From NCBI RefSeq assembly GCF_009914755.1, contig NC_060930.1: a stretch of 64,000 nucleotides of DNA; one strand, given 5' to 3'. The notes beneath the pieces were generated by a model. It was not told where the DNA came from and searched no databases. It was given only the letters and a program-made list of their open reading frames with translations. Made by a program: the position numbers and the translations under genes. Every line of letters starts with the position of its first letter. Positions within the stretch are counted from its first letter, which is position 1. The stretch comes from the human T2T-CHM13v2.0 reference genome, Homo sapiens. Below, in pieces: positions 31,350 to 53,168 of the stretch.

Positions 31350-32160
31350 CATCATTCACTCATTAATTCATTCAATCACAAAATATTGAGTACCCACCAT
31401 GTGCCAGCAACTGTTCTAAGCACTTGGAATATACCAGTAAGCAAAACAAAGCCCTTACCCCTCTGTGGAGCACATATTGGTGGAGAGGAGGGGATTGTAC
31501 AATGTTAGTAAGCAAGGCAATAAAACTGCATATCTGATGGTGATACGTGTAACGACGGAAAATAAAGAAGGGAAGGGAATAAATAGTGCAGGGACAGGGA
31601 GTTGGGGGGAGGCTTGCTATTTTTAATAGGGTTGTCAGAAAAGATCTCACTGATAGGTAAACTTGAGCAAAGACCTGAAGAAGGTGAGGGAATGAGGATG
31701 AAAATACATATCGGGAAGAGAGTTCCAGGTGGAGGAGGTTAAGGTCCAGACAGGAGCTTAGTATATTCAAGGAAAAGCAAGAAGACTAGTATGGCTGACA
31801 GGATGAGCTAGGAGAGTAATAGGAAATGAACTTACTGAGGTTTTTCTAATGACCTGGGCTTTTACTTTGAGGTAAGGAGCCAGTGAAGGTTTCTGAGAAT
31901 AAATGGTATGATCTGCCTTATTTAGGATTGCTGTAGTTGCTGCACTGAGATAACATGTACATGAGAGGCAAGAGTAGAAGCAGGGAGACCAGAGAGGAAG
32001 GTATTGTAGTATTCCAGGTGCAAACTCACCAGGTAGCTTGAACCAGAATGGTGGCGGTAGAATTGGGAAGAATCTGGATATATTCTGAAGGCAAAATTGA
32101 TGGGGTTTACTAATGGTGTGGATCTAGGATAAGAGAGAAAAAGAGTTCAGGATGATTCTA
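31350..32160 (-). mobile_element. L2 3' region
   Basis: cattcattcaa...tattgagtacccaccatgtgccag L2 tail, then purine-rich L2 body. Confidence 0.75.
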
Positions 32161-32624
32161 AAGTCACTTGATAGACTTTCAAACCACTCACAAAATGTGT
32201 TTTGTTTTCGTTTGTGTCATGATAAAGTTATTTTTAATAAGGTCAAATAATCCCCTACCCCAAGAGTTAATTAGGATTTAAAATGAGTTCAGAGGGAATT
32301 GGGATCCAGCCTTAAGGGCTTCAACTCTGTTCAAGTATTTAAATGGCTTTGATCTCTGATTAAAGGTGGTGGCTCAGCTTTAAACTATTATTATCTATCA
32401 TTTTCTGTGCCCTGTACATTGTCATCCTTGCAATGAGAGGCATAGAGCTATCAGGAGAGGGGACTAAAGCCTAACTTTTTAAGTAGACTAATCTTTGTAT
32501 CCTCAGCTCTATTCCGTCTTTTACCGACAGCTGGTGCCTGACCTAGAGGCCTACTGCATCTTTTTTGTTAACAGGATTTTTAAAAGTTGAGGACTTTTTA
32601 ATGCCAATTATTTCACTCAGAATA

Positions 32625-32910
<286 letters not shown>

Positions 32911-33189
32911 ATTAGAATGGTAAAAATGAAGTAAATTCACTTTGCTTCCCACATCTAGCTAGACAGGGAAAGATGGAGTAGCTTTTTCTTTTTTACTTCA
33001 TAGCTTCAGTGTTGTCCGGGCTTTCATTACTCTCATCTCAGTATAAAGTGGTAACAGGAAGGTCAGGTGAGTGTGGGCTGCCTACGAGCTGTACTTACTG
33101 CCTTCTGTTTCACAAAAGGACGTTTTCTCCCCATAATGTCGTTGTTCTTGCTTTGAATTATGGGTGCTGGGAGAAACTAAACGAAGCCG

Positions 33190-33960
<771 letters not shown>

Positions 33961-36314
33961 GTTGCTTGTTGAGATTTGTTGTGGATGGACGTGGTGTAGT
34001 TTTGTTTGTTTCTTGGATTATCTCCCCTAGTCCGAGAGAAAACGCATTCGATTTAAGCTAAACCTGTGAGGGCGTTATCGGTGGCCACACTTTGATTAAT
34101 TTACCTAGGTGTTAGGGAGCGGAAAAAAATCAGAGGAGATAAAAGTTACAGTGAGATTCCATGCGATTAAGGACTGTGGCAGCTTGGGTCTGCAGAACTT
34201 CTAGAACCTTCTGTGTGGCCCCAAACGTTTTAACTTACTCTTCTCGTTATGCATTTTTTAAGGGAGGCAGCAGTTTACAGTGGCCCTCCACGTGAAGTTA
34301 AGTTTCCTTGCTTCAGAACAAAAATGAATAAAACAAAACCAACCCAGCAATCCATTGAGAGCAAAGATTAGACAGGAGTGAGGGGTAGGCAGTAAGTTAC
34401 CGGGTGCTTCGTGCAGCAGAGACGTTGCCGCTTCTGTTTCTCCCCTAACCTCGCGGACGGGATTCAGCGGTTCCGTTCGTCTCTCGGTATTTATTGGGCA
34501 CCTCCCTACATAGAAGACTAAGTGCTAGTTACTGGCCTGAAAGCATGAAAAGATAGTTTTCCCCTTTTCTTGCTTAAGAATTTATTTGGTAATACAGTAG
34601 TAGACTTGTATAGAATTTCTAAACAATTTAATGTTAATAGATTTTTGGAAAGACTTTAACGGTGTATTGAAAAGTTTTATCTACTTCCTGTGAACGTTTG
34701 TCTCAAGTTACTGTGTAAATTTTGTGAGCAGGTGTAGTTAAAAGAAAATCTTGTTAGGCACCTGCAATTCCGTGAAACTGTACACAGGAGTTGGTTACAT
34801 AGTTTTGTCTAGGTTGTGCATGAGCAAAGAAGCATGTGAGCCAAAAAGTTTAGGAAACACTGCATGTGTGTCTTTATCTTCCTACATTAATACACCCAAA
34901 CATGAAGTATCTGTTTGCTGAGAAAATACTTCAATAACCACGGTATCTCTTAACAAGTGAGGCATTATTATTGTTACTATTGGGAGAAAAGAGCCAGAGA
35001 GTGAGAGATTCTCCACTCAAAATAATTTCTTGGATTATTAAGCCCTACACCAGGTTCTGGGGTTCCACTCAGAATGAGGCAAGTGGAAGAGAGAAGTAAT
35101 GCTTCCTCATGGATTTTCACAATACTGGCAAACCTGACCGTTCCACTCCCAGAAAAAGTAGAGCGAAAGTAGAAATTGGTGGCCTCAGTTACTTGAAGTC
35201 CCTCTAACTGGTAATGTTTCTTTTTAGGGAGCCACATAACAAGTAACACACATCTCTCCATGTCTTCAGAACGTTGAGGGCATGTTCTCAACCACTTCAT
35301 TCTCCTCTCCCTTAGCCAGAAAGAAAAGTTTTCCTAAAGGAATGGGGAGGTTGTTACTCCACTCCGCCTTCCTTCAAGCTGAGTCATTGTCCTCCAACTT
35401 GAATTAATGCCTCACATGTGGTAGGTACAAAAGCACTCTGAAGTGCTCCTCTTTAAAAGAAAGCCTCAGGTTTTGAATATTATTATATTCTACTGTTTGA
35501 TTAATGTAAAATGAATTCTGATTGCACATCAGTGATTAAATTACAACTTGCTTAATTAACATTTGAGCTGAGGAGAAAAGTGATTAATATGTGGCTGTTC
35601 ATTTCAAGGACTTTTTTTTAGTAATTCTGGACTTTTGTAGGCCTTTTTTCTTCTTTTTAAAAAAGTAATACTAGCTGAAAAGGAAGGATTTCCGAAGGTA
35701 AGCAAAAATAGAGAAAAATGCTAATGTAGATCCTATTAAAGTTTTTTTTGAAACCACATGGGCAATGGCACTGAACACTATTAAAAACTAGAATCATGCG
35801 TAGAAGATCGATTTTTAAAAGAAAACATGAAACTCATATGTAATTTTGCTCTAATAGTTTGATTTTGTTGACTAATAAAGTAGTGTAACTGTGTAGAATA
35901 AAACCTTATAGTTTGTACTTAGAAGTGTGCACTTAATGTTCCCTAACCACACTGATCCTGTCAATTGTGGAAGAAATTTCATACTTTATGACCTGGAGTA
36001 TGAACTGATCTACATGATGTTTAAAATGTTTGGCAGCAGTTTTACAAACTGTTAAAGGATTTCCATTTATCTCTAATGGAATTTATCAATACAGTAGCCC
36101 TTTTTTTTGGACTGCATTTTGTCTTCTGTATTTCTTCCTTCTACAGAGGTGATTCCCTTTTCTCCGTTTTGACGATCAGTTCTAAATGGACTCTGAGTTT
36201 TGCATTCTTCAGTGGCTCAAACCATCTTGCTTACTATTGTTACTTTTTAACAATTATTGTAATTTGTAAAAAATACTATGATATTACGATTCTCTCTCTC
36301 TGTATATATACAAC

Positions 36315-37165
36315 GTTTTCCTGGCTCATAACTCCCATAACCCTTGTTACAGTCTTATGTTATAGTTCCTGGCTCATAACTCCCATAACCCTTATTACAG
36401 TCTTACGTTATAATGTTGGGGTGCTTTAGGCCTCAGGAAAAAGAATCTCTCTCTCTGACCTTCTTTCACCTGCCTTACCTCTAGTCTGATTGTGGGTCAA
36501 AAGACTCTCGTTCCAGAGAGGGTCCTGCCCTATGCCCTGGAGGAGGGCATTTAGCACCCAGAGGCCAAGAAGAATCTGAATAGACTGGCCTTGCTGGGTT
36601 TCCCCATTCAGTCTGTTAGAGTGAGGGCATACTCTTTTTGTCCAATCACTTTTCTACATGGTTGTCATTCATGCTTATATAAAAGAAGCAAGCCTCCATA
36701 AGAACCCAAAAAGGACAGGGTTTGGAGAGCTTCTGGATAGCTGGACATGTGGAGGCTCCTGGAAGGTGGTGTGCCCCTTCCCCCTGTACCTCACCCTACA
36801 CATCTCTTTATCCATGTCCTTTGTAATACCCTTTATAATAAATCCGTAAATATAAGTAAGTGTTTCCCTGAATTTTGTGAGCTGCTGCAGCAAGTTAAAC
36901 CCAAAGAGGGGGACATGGGAACCCCAATTTGAAGCCAGTTGGTCAGAAGTTCTGGAGGCCTAGACTTGCAACGGTGGAGGGTGGGGTCTTGGGGACTGAG
37001 CTTTCAACTTGTGGGATCTGATACCGTCTCCAGGTGTAGGGAGTGTTGGAACTGAGTTGGGGGATACTTAGCTGCAAATCCCCCACATATTTGGTCACAG
37101 CCTTCTGTGTTGTTACAGTGTGAGAGCAGAGGAAAAACACAGTGTGAGAGTTTTTTCTAAAACAC
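36315..37165 (+). mobile_element. MER21-like solo LTR in BAG2 intron 1
   Basis: LTR-like CCAAT (36642), TATA (36676), AATAAA (36837); family assigned by recall. Confidence 0.7.
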
Positions 37166-37169
37166 AGGC

Positions 37170-37350
37170 TAATGTTTATTCATTTAATGTACACGGACTA
37201 TGTGCCAGGCCCCATGTCGTTGTTACTATTATCACCATTCTACAGATAGGGAAATTGAGGCTTAGAAGCTTAAATGACTTGTCCAAAGTCACACAACTAG
37301 AGAGTAGTAAACTCCAAATTTGAACCCAGGAAGACTGGCTCTCCAGGCTC
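37170..37350 (-). mobile_element. MIR
   Basis: ccattctacagatagggaaattgaggcttagaagcttaaatgacttgtccaaagtcacac core. Confidence 0.85.
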
Positions 37351-38145
37351 TAATACTTTATGCCTGAATTTTCTTAAATATATCACATTTCAAAATATAG
37401 AAATGATATATGGATGAATAGATGAGCTTCCTCTAAGAGATAAAAATTCAATCTAAATTGGCCTTTAATTCAGTGGATATTGAACACCCACTATGTGTTA
37501 GGTATTGGGTAGCTCCTAGAAAGCTCAAGATGGTAATGAAGATGTTTGGGGGATGGGTTTTGGAGACTGGCAGAGGGGAAAATGATAGGACTGGGAGATT
37601 GGCTTTTCATATGTTTCCCAAAACTTATAACACAGTGGCTCCTTCTGCCTTCCTGTCAGCCTTTCACTGTGGCTTAACCTGCACCCAGGTAGTGAAGGGA
37701 TGGGGTTGGGGGTGATAGGGATCATTCGTCTGGCTTAAAGTTTCATGTTAGGGTGTGCCAGTGTTCTAGGAGTCACAAAACAAGATGGCATCATAGTTAA
37801 TACTGTGTGACAGCCTGTAATTTAAAAGAACACTTCATATATGTTATTTGAAACTTTAAGAACCCTTCGAGTTAGGTGGAGGGCACATACTCTCTCTCCT
37901 AGAAATGAGGGAAGTGAGGTCCAATTAGGATGAAGTGGCTTGCCTGAGGACATGCTACTGAAAAGTGGCTCTTCACACTAAAAACACTAGTCCCTTCTTT
38001 TACACCAAAATGTCTTGACAGTAAATGTAATTTAACATTTTGGTGATTAGGAAAACACTTCAGAATTTTACATTGCCTAAAAGTGATCATTATAGCATTC
38101 TTTTGATATAGGAGTATGGAATAAGAGACAGAACTATGAGTTTTA

Positions 38146-38556
<411 letters not shown>

Positions 38557-40919
38557 TCATAATGGTAAGAATATAATAGCTATTAATACTATAAATATAT
38601 GCCAGTGCCAATTCTAGACACATTATACATATTAACTTGTGTGTGTGTGTAATTTTTTTAGTCAGTGCTATCAGTCACTGTTAAACTCTACCTGCTTTAC
38701 TTCATTTAGTCACAAGCACTGTTCCCTTATCATCCCTGTTTCATAGGCGACTGACCCATTTGCACAGCTAGTAGTGGCAGTGCTGGCGCAGTTTTCACTG
38801 CATACTCTATTAGCTGACATATTAATAGTAGCCACAGTTTGCGCAAAATTGCTGTTGTACTCCTCCTAAGTCTCCCAGCAGTTTGCCGTTTCGATACTGA
38901 GACTGCAGAGGTTTGTGAGGTGCCCAAGACCTGGGTACTAGCTGAGGATGCATGCGCTCCGGTTTTGTCTTCCTACTGAGTACTCTGACTAAAATTTCTT
39001 TTTGTCAAAGCCTACTTAGTTGTGATTTCATGCAGGGAGTTTTCCAGGAGCACAGCCCAGGCCAGCCTTGATGTGAGGAAAAGTTCTTTCCCAATTTGGA
39101 CGTGTAGCTGCTTCCGGGATCTGTTAGTAAAAACAGAACTGCCCTTCTCCGCCAGAAGTGTTGCCAGATGAGATATTAAGAAACATGAAGGATAAAGTGA
39201 GATGGTCCAACATTTCTCTAACCAGAGTTCCAGACGAAAATAACAGAAGGGGAGACAGGGAATATTCAAAGATACAACAGCCAAGAATTTTCTAGAACTA
39301 ATGGAAAAATTGTAGACAAAAGACGTGTATATGAGTTTAAGGATAGCAATAGCTGACAAACAGTACAAACGTTACTTAAACTAAGTAGAGATCTAGGTTC
39401 AGCTTTTTAAAAGAAAAAATGTAAAATATGAGGTAGACATATTTTAGACTGTAGAGTAAATGGATGTACCAGGGCCAAAAGGAGCATGAATTGCCTTAAG
39501 GGAGAGGAAGGGGGAAGCTAAGGAAACAATTCCTGCTGAAGCAATTGGGTTTTGAAAAAGGTGATCCCAGTAGACAAGGGTCAGGGAGAAAGAATGCTAC
39601 CTGAAGAGGGAATAGGACATGAAAAGCCCATGTTGCCAAATAAACCCTGAGATCTTTACATTTTGAAGAATGACATTTTACCCTTGCATGAAATGAAAAA
39701 GGTATACATAAAAATGTATATAAGAAGTTCTATAAATGATGAAATCTGGTTTTCACAGGGATAATGCCCTGGTAATTTCTATTATGTATTAAAAAAAGCC
39801 TTGTGGGATGGGGGTGGGGGAGGGTCCCTAAAACACAAACTTTAGCAGTTCCACCTAACTATTTGGTCTCATTTAATGATAAAATATTTTCGTCATATGA
39901 CAGGCTTATTATATTTTTTCTAGAATGTCTTTTTTATCTATTTTGTTAAGAACATGAACTTACTGCTGTAACTCATAAATGAAACCTTCCTTTTCAGAAT
40001 AGCATTGTTCTCTCTTATCATCTTACAATTGAATACAAACCGAAAAGGTGTTGAAAAATTAATCTCTTCTTTCAGCATCTTCTCATTTATCAATCACATG
40101 ATTCACCTGTGTCATTTGTCTAAATATTGGAGTCATGGTTTGTGCTTTTAGCATAAATATTTAGTGCCAACTCCGTCTCTTTCCTATGTTCTGGGCCCTA
40201 GTTTATCTTTCTGAGAGATTGCTAATGTAAAATGTTTAAGTAAATACTGAATGGTCCTGGAATAGGGCCTGATACTTGCATTACTATTAGTTAGTAGAAT
40301 ATTTGTATTTTGATTGTGTTCTCTAGCCAAATTTGTCACATGCGATTCTTCCCAGTTCTTTGCTTTTACTGGCTCTTATAAACACACTTTGACATATATT
40401 TAATATCTTGAAGAATAAAGATATCCTGTGATTTTACAGCCTGTCAGTACTATTTTGGGGTATAACAGGTGGGTAACCGAAGGGGAAAAGGCATGTGTGT
40501 GCTTAGGGCAGGGAGAGGATCCTTTTATGGAATTGAACGTGCTAAAACATTGGTGAAGTTGTTCTTTCTGTGCACACTTAAGACAGCAGTTAGGATTAGA
40601 TCTTTCATGAACTTGTATTTCTAAGACCATCCAAATACTGGGAATAGGTCTGTCACTTTCATTTTGCAAAAGTTGGCATCTTAGTTACTGTAATTCATAA
40701 TAACAACGTTCCCTGGAAGTATAGAACATGTTAAATATACAATATATATTTCTTTATTTTGCCCTTATTCCACAGCTTAGTTTTTTAGTGACTGGGTATA
40801 TTCATGTGTGTGTATAGTGTGAGTGCATGTGTGTGCAATTGAGTGAAGTGGGAAAGTAGTGCTTCTATAGTTTGATCAGGGCTTTACACAAAAAAGCCAC
40901 AGAGATTTTCCCTTAAATT

Positions 40920-42430
40920 TGGGAAAAGACAAAGATACCCCCATGATTGCCACTGTTTAATACAGTACTGAAGGACCTTTTCTTAAAAAAAAAAAAGTAA
41001 TAGGATTGGGAAGGAAGAAATAAAAACTGCAGATGATATGGATATGATTATTAACCTAGAAGAACCAACAGAATCAACAGACTGAACACTAAAATGAATA
41101 CATGTAAATCAAGGTTGCCAGTGACAAGATAAACCTACAAAAACAGCACTTCTCAAACCAGTAAAAATCAAGTAGAAAATACAAATTCACAATAGCAGCA
41201 ATATCCACGAAGACTACTATGAAGAATACATGGGAACTCTATAGATCTGAATAAATGAAGAGACATATATCATGCCTTTAAACAGAGAGATGTTATAAAG
41301 ATGTCTAATTTCTCTTGTTTTTTGAGAAACACAATAAACTTACCCTAGAATTTATATGGAAAAGTTGGAGAAGTAAAAGTCCATAAATAGCTAAGTTATC
41401 TTTAAAGAAGATTGAGGGACCTGCTCTATCAAATATTAAAGTGTAGTACAAGGCTAGTGCTATTAAAAAAAAAAACCCAAAACTTGGCACTGGTATAAGA
41501 ACAGTTAAATACACTAATGCATGGCATAGAGATTTTAGAGATAAATAGCGAATATACATTCGCTAGGGGAAAGATGGATTGCTTGGTAAATAATGTTGGG
41601 GAAAATGGCTATTTGGAAGAAAAAAACAAAACATTCTTACCTAACTGCATGCAGGGGTTGATGCTAGGTGGATTAAAGACATAAATATAAGGAAGGTAGA
41701 ACTATAAAGTTAATAAGAGAAAATATAGGAAAATAGGACCAAAGGGTGGGGGAAGACCTTAGGTCAAAACTTCAAAAGCATACGCCATAAGGCAAAAAAA
41801 AAAAAAAAATTGATCGCATCAAAATAAGAGTCTCTCTTTAGTGCAAGACATCCCAGACGTGGTTCATATATGAGAGGATGAGAGATGGTTGCAATGTCTG
41901 TAACCAACAAGAATCTCTTGAGTATACAAATCAACAAGGGAACAGTAACTCCTGTTTAAAAATAGAAAAGCAAAATAGGAAAAGTCTATGAATAGGCTAA
42001 CAAGGATACAAAGAGATGTCTGAAATTATTAGGAAAACACAAGTTAACACTGACATATCAGTGTATTTCTGTCACACTGGCAGCAAATAGAAAGTTGGAA
42101 AATGCAGAATGTTGGTAGGGATATGGGGACCCCTGTGCTTTGCTGTGGAGAGTGGATAGGTACAGGTGTTCTGCAGAATAGTCATAATACTAAGTCAAAA
42201 GCAGAGTACACATACCCTTTGTCTTAGCAGTTCTGTCCTGGTATATGTCCTAAGGAAATCCTCACCAAGGTCCAAAGGGGAGATGTATTCATAGAAGTGT
42301 TATTTGTAGTAATGAGAAGCTGGTAGACAACCTAAGTGTCCATCTCTGGGAGAGTGGAGAGGGAAAATCAGGTAGGTATACACATGGAGTATTATACAGC
42401 AATTAGCAGCAACTGATTAGAAGTACACAT
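40920..42430 (+). mobile_element. Ancient L1 (L1ME-like) ORF2/3' remnants
   Basis: A-rich; gcagatgatatg, aataaatgaagagacatat, ggattaaagacataaat L1 phrases; no ORF. Confidence 0.7.
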
Positions 42431-42434
42431 AGGG

Positions 42435-42740
42435 GGCTGGGTGTGGTGGCTCACACCTGTAATCCCAGCACTTTGGGAGGCTGCGGTGGGCAGATCACTT
42501 GAGGCCAGCAGTTTGAGACCAGCCTGGCCAACATGGTGAAACCCCAGGAGTTTGAGACCAGCCTGGCCAACATGGTGAAACCCCGTCTCTACTAAAACTA
42601 CAGAAATTAGCCGGGCCTGGAGGCTGAGGCACGAGAATCACTTGAAAGCGGGAGGTGGAGGCTGCGGTGAGATTGTGCCACTGTGCTCCAACCTGGGTGA
42701 CAAAGCAAGACTGTCTCAAAAACAAAAAACAAACAAAAAT
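42435..42740 (+). mobile_element. Alu with internal 39-bp duplication and right-arm deletion
   Basis: Alu dimer motifs; see findings. Confidence 0.92.
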
Positions 42741-43030
42741 CTAGCAACCTGGATGCTAAGTGAAAAAATAAAAACAGAATGAGATATAAATTCAAAATAT
42801 ACAAATAATACAGATCTTGTAAAAAACAAATAGTATTAATTAGATAAACACGAAAGAATGATTGCCTTATGAGCTGGGAGGAAAATGGGAGAAAGGCAAG
42901 TGTATAGAAAAATGAAAGAATTTTAAAGCAGAAATGAAGAATTTTTGAAAAGTTTGGTGATCTTTAAACTTGATTTGGGTTGAATGAGAGATAAAGAAAA
43001 TTAATAGGAAGAACATCCTGCATACAATAA

Positions 43031-43210
<180 letters not shown>

Positions 43211-43662
43211 TAAAGAGTTTATGATAAGTGTGGGTCAATTTTTGCTTGACTTTTGGTATGCGTACACCAGGCCACAGCATTTAATGTGAGCCACAGAGAG
43301 CAGCTGCAGCTGTCAGTTCATTACAGCAGCCACTTACTCAGAGATTTCTTCCAGCATGCTCTCTACCCCAAGCCCCTGGCTAGGAGAGATAGGAAAAAGC
43401 CTGCAAGCTCAGAAAAGCTGGCCCCAAGCAGTAAGGCCATGTGTTTTATCCCAGGTTCACAGTCCTAACTTCAGTTCCTCACAAGTTACTGGACTGCAAG
43501 AGATTAAAAAAGCAGAGGAAGAGGGTGAGAGAGTGGAAGCAGAGAAGTAGAGACCAAAAAAAAAAAAAAAAAAAAGATGAATTGAGGTACAACATAAAGA
43601 GAAGGGACAAAATGCAGAGAAAATGAGGAAACTTGTAGGACCAATAAAAGGCATGAATGTAA

Positions 43663-43974
<312 letters not shown>

Positions 43975-44795
43975 TGTGCTGTCATTTTCATGTGAAGAAC
44001 ATGAAATAGGAATAGGTCACTTCTGATTTTCTTTTATTGGCACTGGACTTCCTACTTGGGCTCCTTTGGTGCCACACAGGCCACATGGTACTGGGCCAAG
44101 TGGCTGGTGAGGTAAGTAAGCAACCTAAATCCAGATCAAAACTGTTACACATCTATAGGTAGGCCATGATCTAGTCTCTACGCTATCCTGCCCAAAGATC
44201 AATGAATTAGGAAGTTACAGAAGCAGGAGCTTGCTGACTTTCTCATATAAATAATGAAATGTTGATAGAGCTCCTCGTGCTGGCCAAGACTTTAGACCAC
44301 TGTCCTGCTTCTATCTGGAGAAGGATGAAGTCAGTGCCTAGTATTGACGACAGAAGACAGCTTATCTTCTATCGTGGCTACATTTTCTCAACCAAAATTT
44401 GGGGCATTGTATTCTGATAAATGCACATGTCGTTCTGGAGAGATCTGGGACATCTGATCTCTGGAGCTCTACCCAGCATAAACCCTATATGTGCTTACTG
44501 CTCACAGTGTTAAGACTTGATCTCCATCCCAGTTACAAATGCATACCTACCCAAACTTTTGCAGACATGCCAATTTGAGAAGTCATCTGGTATCCCATAT
44601 ATGCAGATTGTCAGGAAGTGGTATTCTACAACCTCTTTCTGTAATCTAATACATTTCATCAGTTAATCTTACATGCTATAGTTTCAGCTTTTATCTCTAA
44701 AAAAATTTCATGGCAGAGGTAAAGAAAATAATAAATTTAGTCACAAACAAATGCCTTAATGTTTTTGACACAGATAAGTTTACATCTCATATTGA

Positions 44796-50860
<6,065 letters not shown>

Positions 50861-51485
50861 TAAATGGTTTTATAAGTGAATTAATTAGAATGTACATTTT
50901 CTTAAATACTGCACATACCTTCAGCTTACTCCAGTACCAGACATCTGCATGCACACCCCACATTCTACATTACACAGATATTGCACAAGTTTCAATGCCA
51001 AAATACTAATGCAGTCTGGCAAGATTTAGGGTTTACCTTTCAGTATTATTTTGTGAAAGTATTCAGATTCAATACTATTTCGCAGAAAAGCTACATGACC
51101 AATTTCAGGAAAAGAATGCTTGCTATCTTTCCTTGATCCACAGTATTAAAATCTGTAACAATATATTTAGGCATTTCATTTATGTTTTCCAGCATTTAAA
51201 ATTCCGCAAAACCTGTGTTTGAAATTTCTTATAGCATTCCTTTACAAACAGGAGAAGCTTCGTCTAATGTAAAAAAAATTAAAGGAGTCCACAGGGCAAT
51301 AATTTTTCCACCAGAGGTCTCACTCTACATTCTGAAAAGCACTGCAGAGCAATATTTAAGTCTGTCACTTTCAGAGAGCCATTAGGAGCAAAGTCTGCTG
51401 AAAACCTTGTAACATACCATGACAGCTGGATGGGTTTCTTAATGCATTGCACAATGTAATTCAATTGTTTTCCTCCCAAAACATC

Positions 51486-51625
51486 TTAGGGTATGCTACA
51501 GCTGCTAAAAGGATTTCTGTTTTTCTTGGTCCTTTGTTTGTTGGGTCTAAGATTGATGACATCTCCACCATTGAGGGTACCTGAATTCTGACCGGAGTGA
51601 CTTCCACCAGATGTATTAAAGACAC
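51486..51625 (-). CDS. RAB23: RAB23 last coding exon (GVFNTSGGSHSG...RNPFSSCSIP*), hypervariable tail with prenylated Cys
   Basis: minus strand: atacag| acceptor, TAA at 51488-51486; 140 nt. Confidence 0.96.
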
Positions 51626-51739
51626 CTGTATAAATTGAGGGAAAAGAGTGATTGCCACTGACACGCCTGAGTTACCTGTTGCATCCAGCTTGTTAGTAAA
51701 ATCAGTAATATTTTCAAGTATTTACAGTTTCTCTAAAAT

Positions 51740-52155
51740 TGTAGTAAAATCCAACAAAATTTAGCATCTTAACCATTTTTAGGCATACGGTTCAGTGGTA
51801 TTAAATACATTTGTAATGTTGTGGAACAATCACCCCCGTCCATCTCCATAACTCTTTTCATCTTTAAAACTGAAACTCATACCCATTAAACAGTAACTAA
51901 CTCCCCATTCCCCCTCCCTGCAGACCTTAGCAACCACCATTCTATCTTCTGTCTCTTATGATTTTAACTACTCTACCTTATATAAATGGAATAATAGTGT
52001 CTTTTTGGGACTGACTTATTTCATTTAGCATAATGTCTTCAAGGTTCATCCAACGTAGAACACTGAAGCATTTCCTTCCTTTTTAAGGGTGAATAATATT
52101 CCATTGTATGTATATACCACATTTTGCTTATCCTTTCATACATCAATGGACACAG
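51740..52155 (-). mobile_element. L1MB-like 3' end
   Basis: ttaaccatttttaggcatacggttcagtggtattaaatacatt... Confidence 0.75.
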
Positions 52156-52472
52156 ATTTATGATTTTAAAGCTCTTGTTTTAGTTTTACTTTTAGTAGCT
52201 AATACGCATGGTACAAAGTTCCAAGGCTGTAAAAGAGGTCACATTAGGGCTCTTTTTTACCCAGATTTTCACCCCTTGCCAGTTTTCCCACCCCTAAGGT
52301 ACGCATGTTATTACTTTTCCTACTTATCCTTCCAGATATAGTTTATGCATATATAAGCTAAAATGCATATATATTCTCTTTTCTACCTAAGTTGTGGCAT
52401 ATTCTACACAATGTTCTGCATCTTTTGACTTAACAATTTATCTTTGACGTTTGGAATCAGCAAATACGATAA

Positions 52473-52773
<301 letters not shown>

Positions 52774-52869
52774 AACTACGATAATTTTAATAACTTACTA
52801 ACTTCACATCATATCACTTCCTCAAGAATACCTTTTAGTTAACAACAGTAACAACAGTATTTCTGAGTT

Positions 52870-53168
52870 GTGTGTGTGTGTGTGTTTTAAGAGATAGGGT
52901 CTTGCTCTGTCACCAGGCTGGAGTGCAGTGGTGCAATCATAGCTCATTGCAGCCTTTAACTCCTGGGCTCCAGCAGTCCTGCCTCAGCCTCCTGAGTAAC
53001 TGGGACTACAGGCACAGGAATGCCATCAGCTAATTTTTCTTTTTTTTTTTAAGAGACAGGATATTGCTATGTTGTCTAAGTTGGTCTCAAACTGTCGGCC
53101 TCAAGCAATCCTCCTGCTTCAACCTCCCAAATAGCTGGGATTATAGGCACAAGCAACCACACCCAGCT
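52870..53168 (-). mobile_element. AluJ with (GT)n tail
   Basis: Diverged antisense dimer. Confidence 0.9.
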
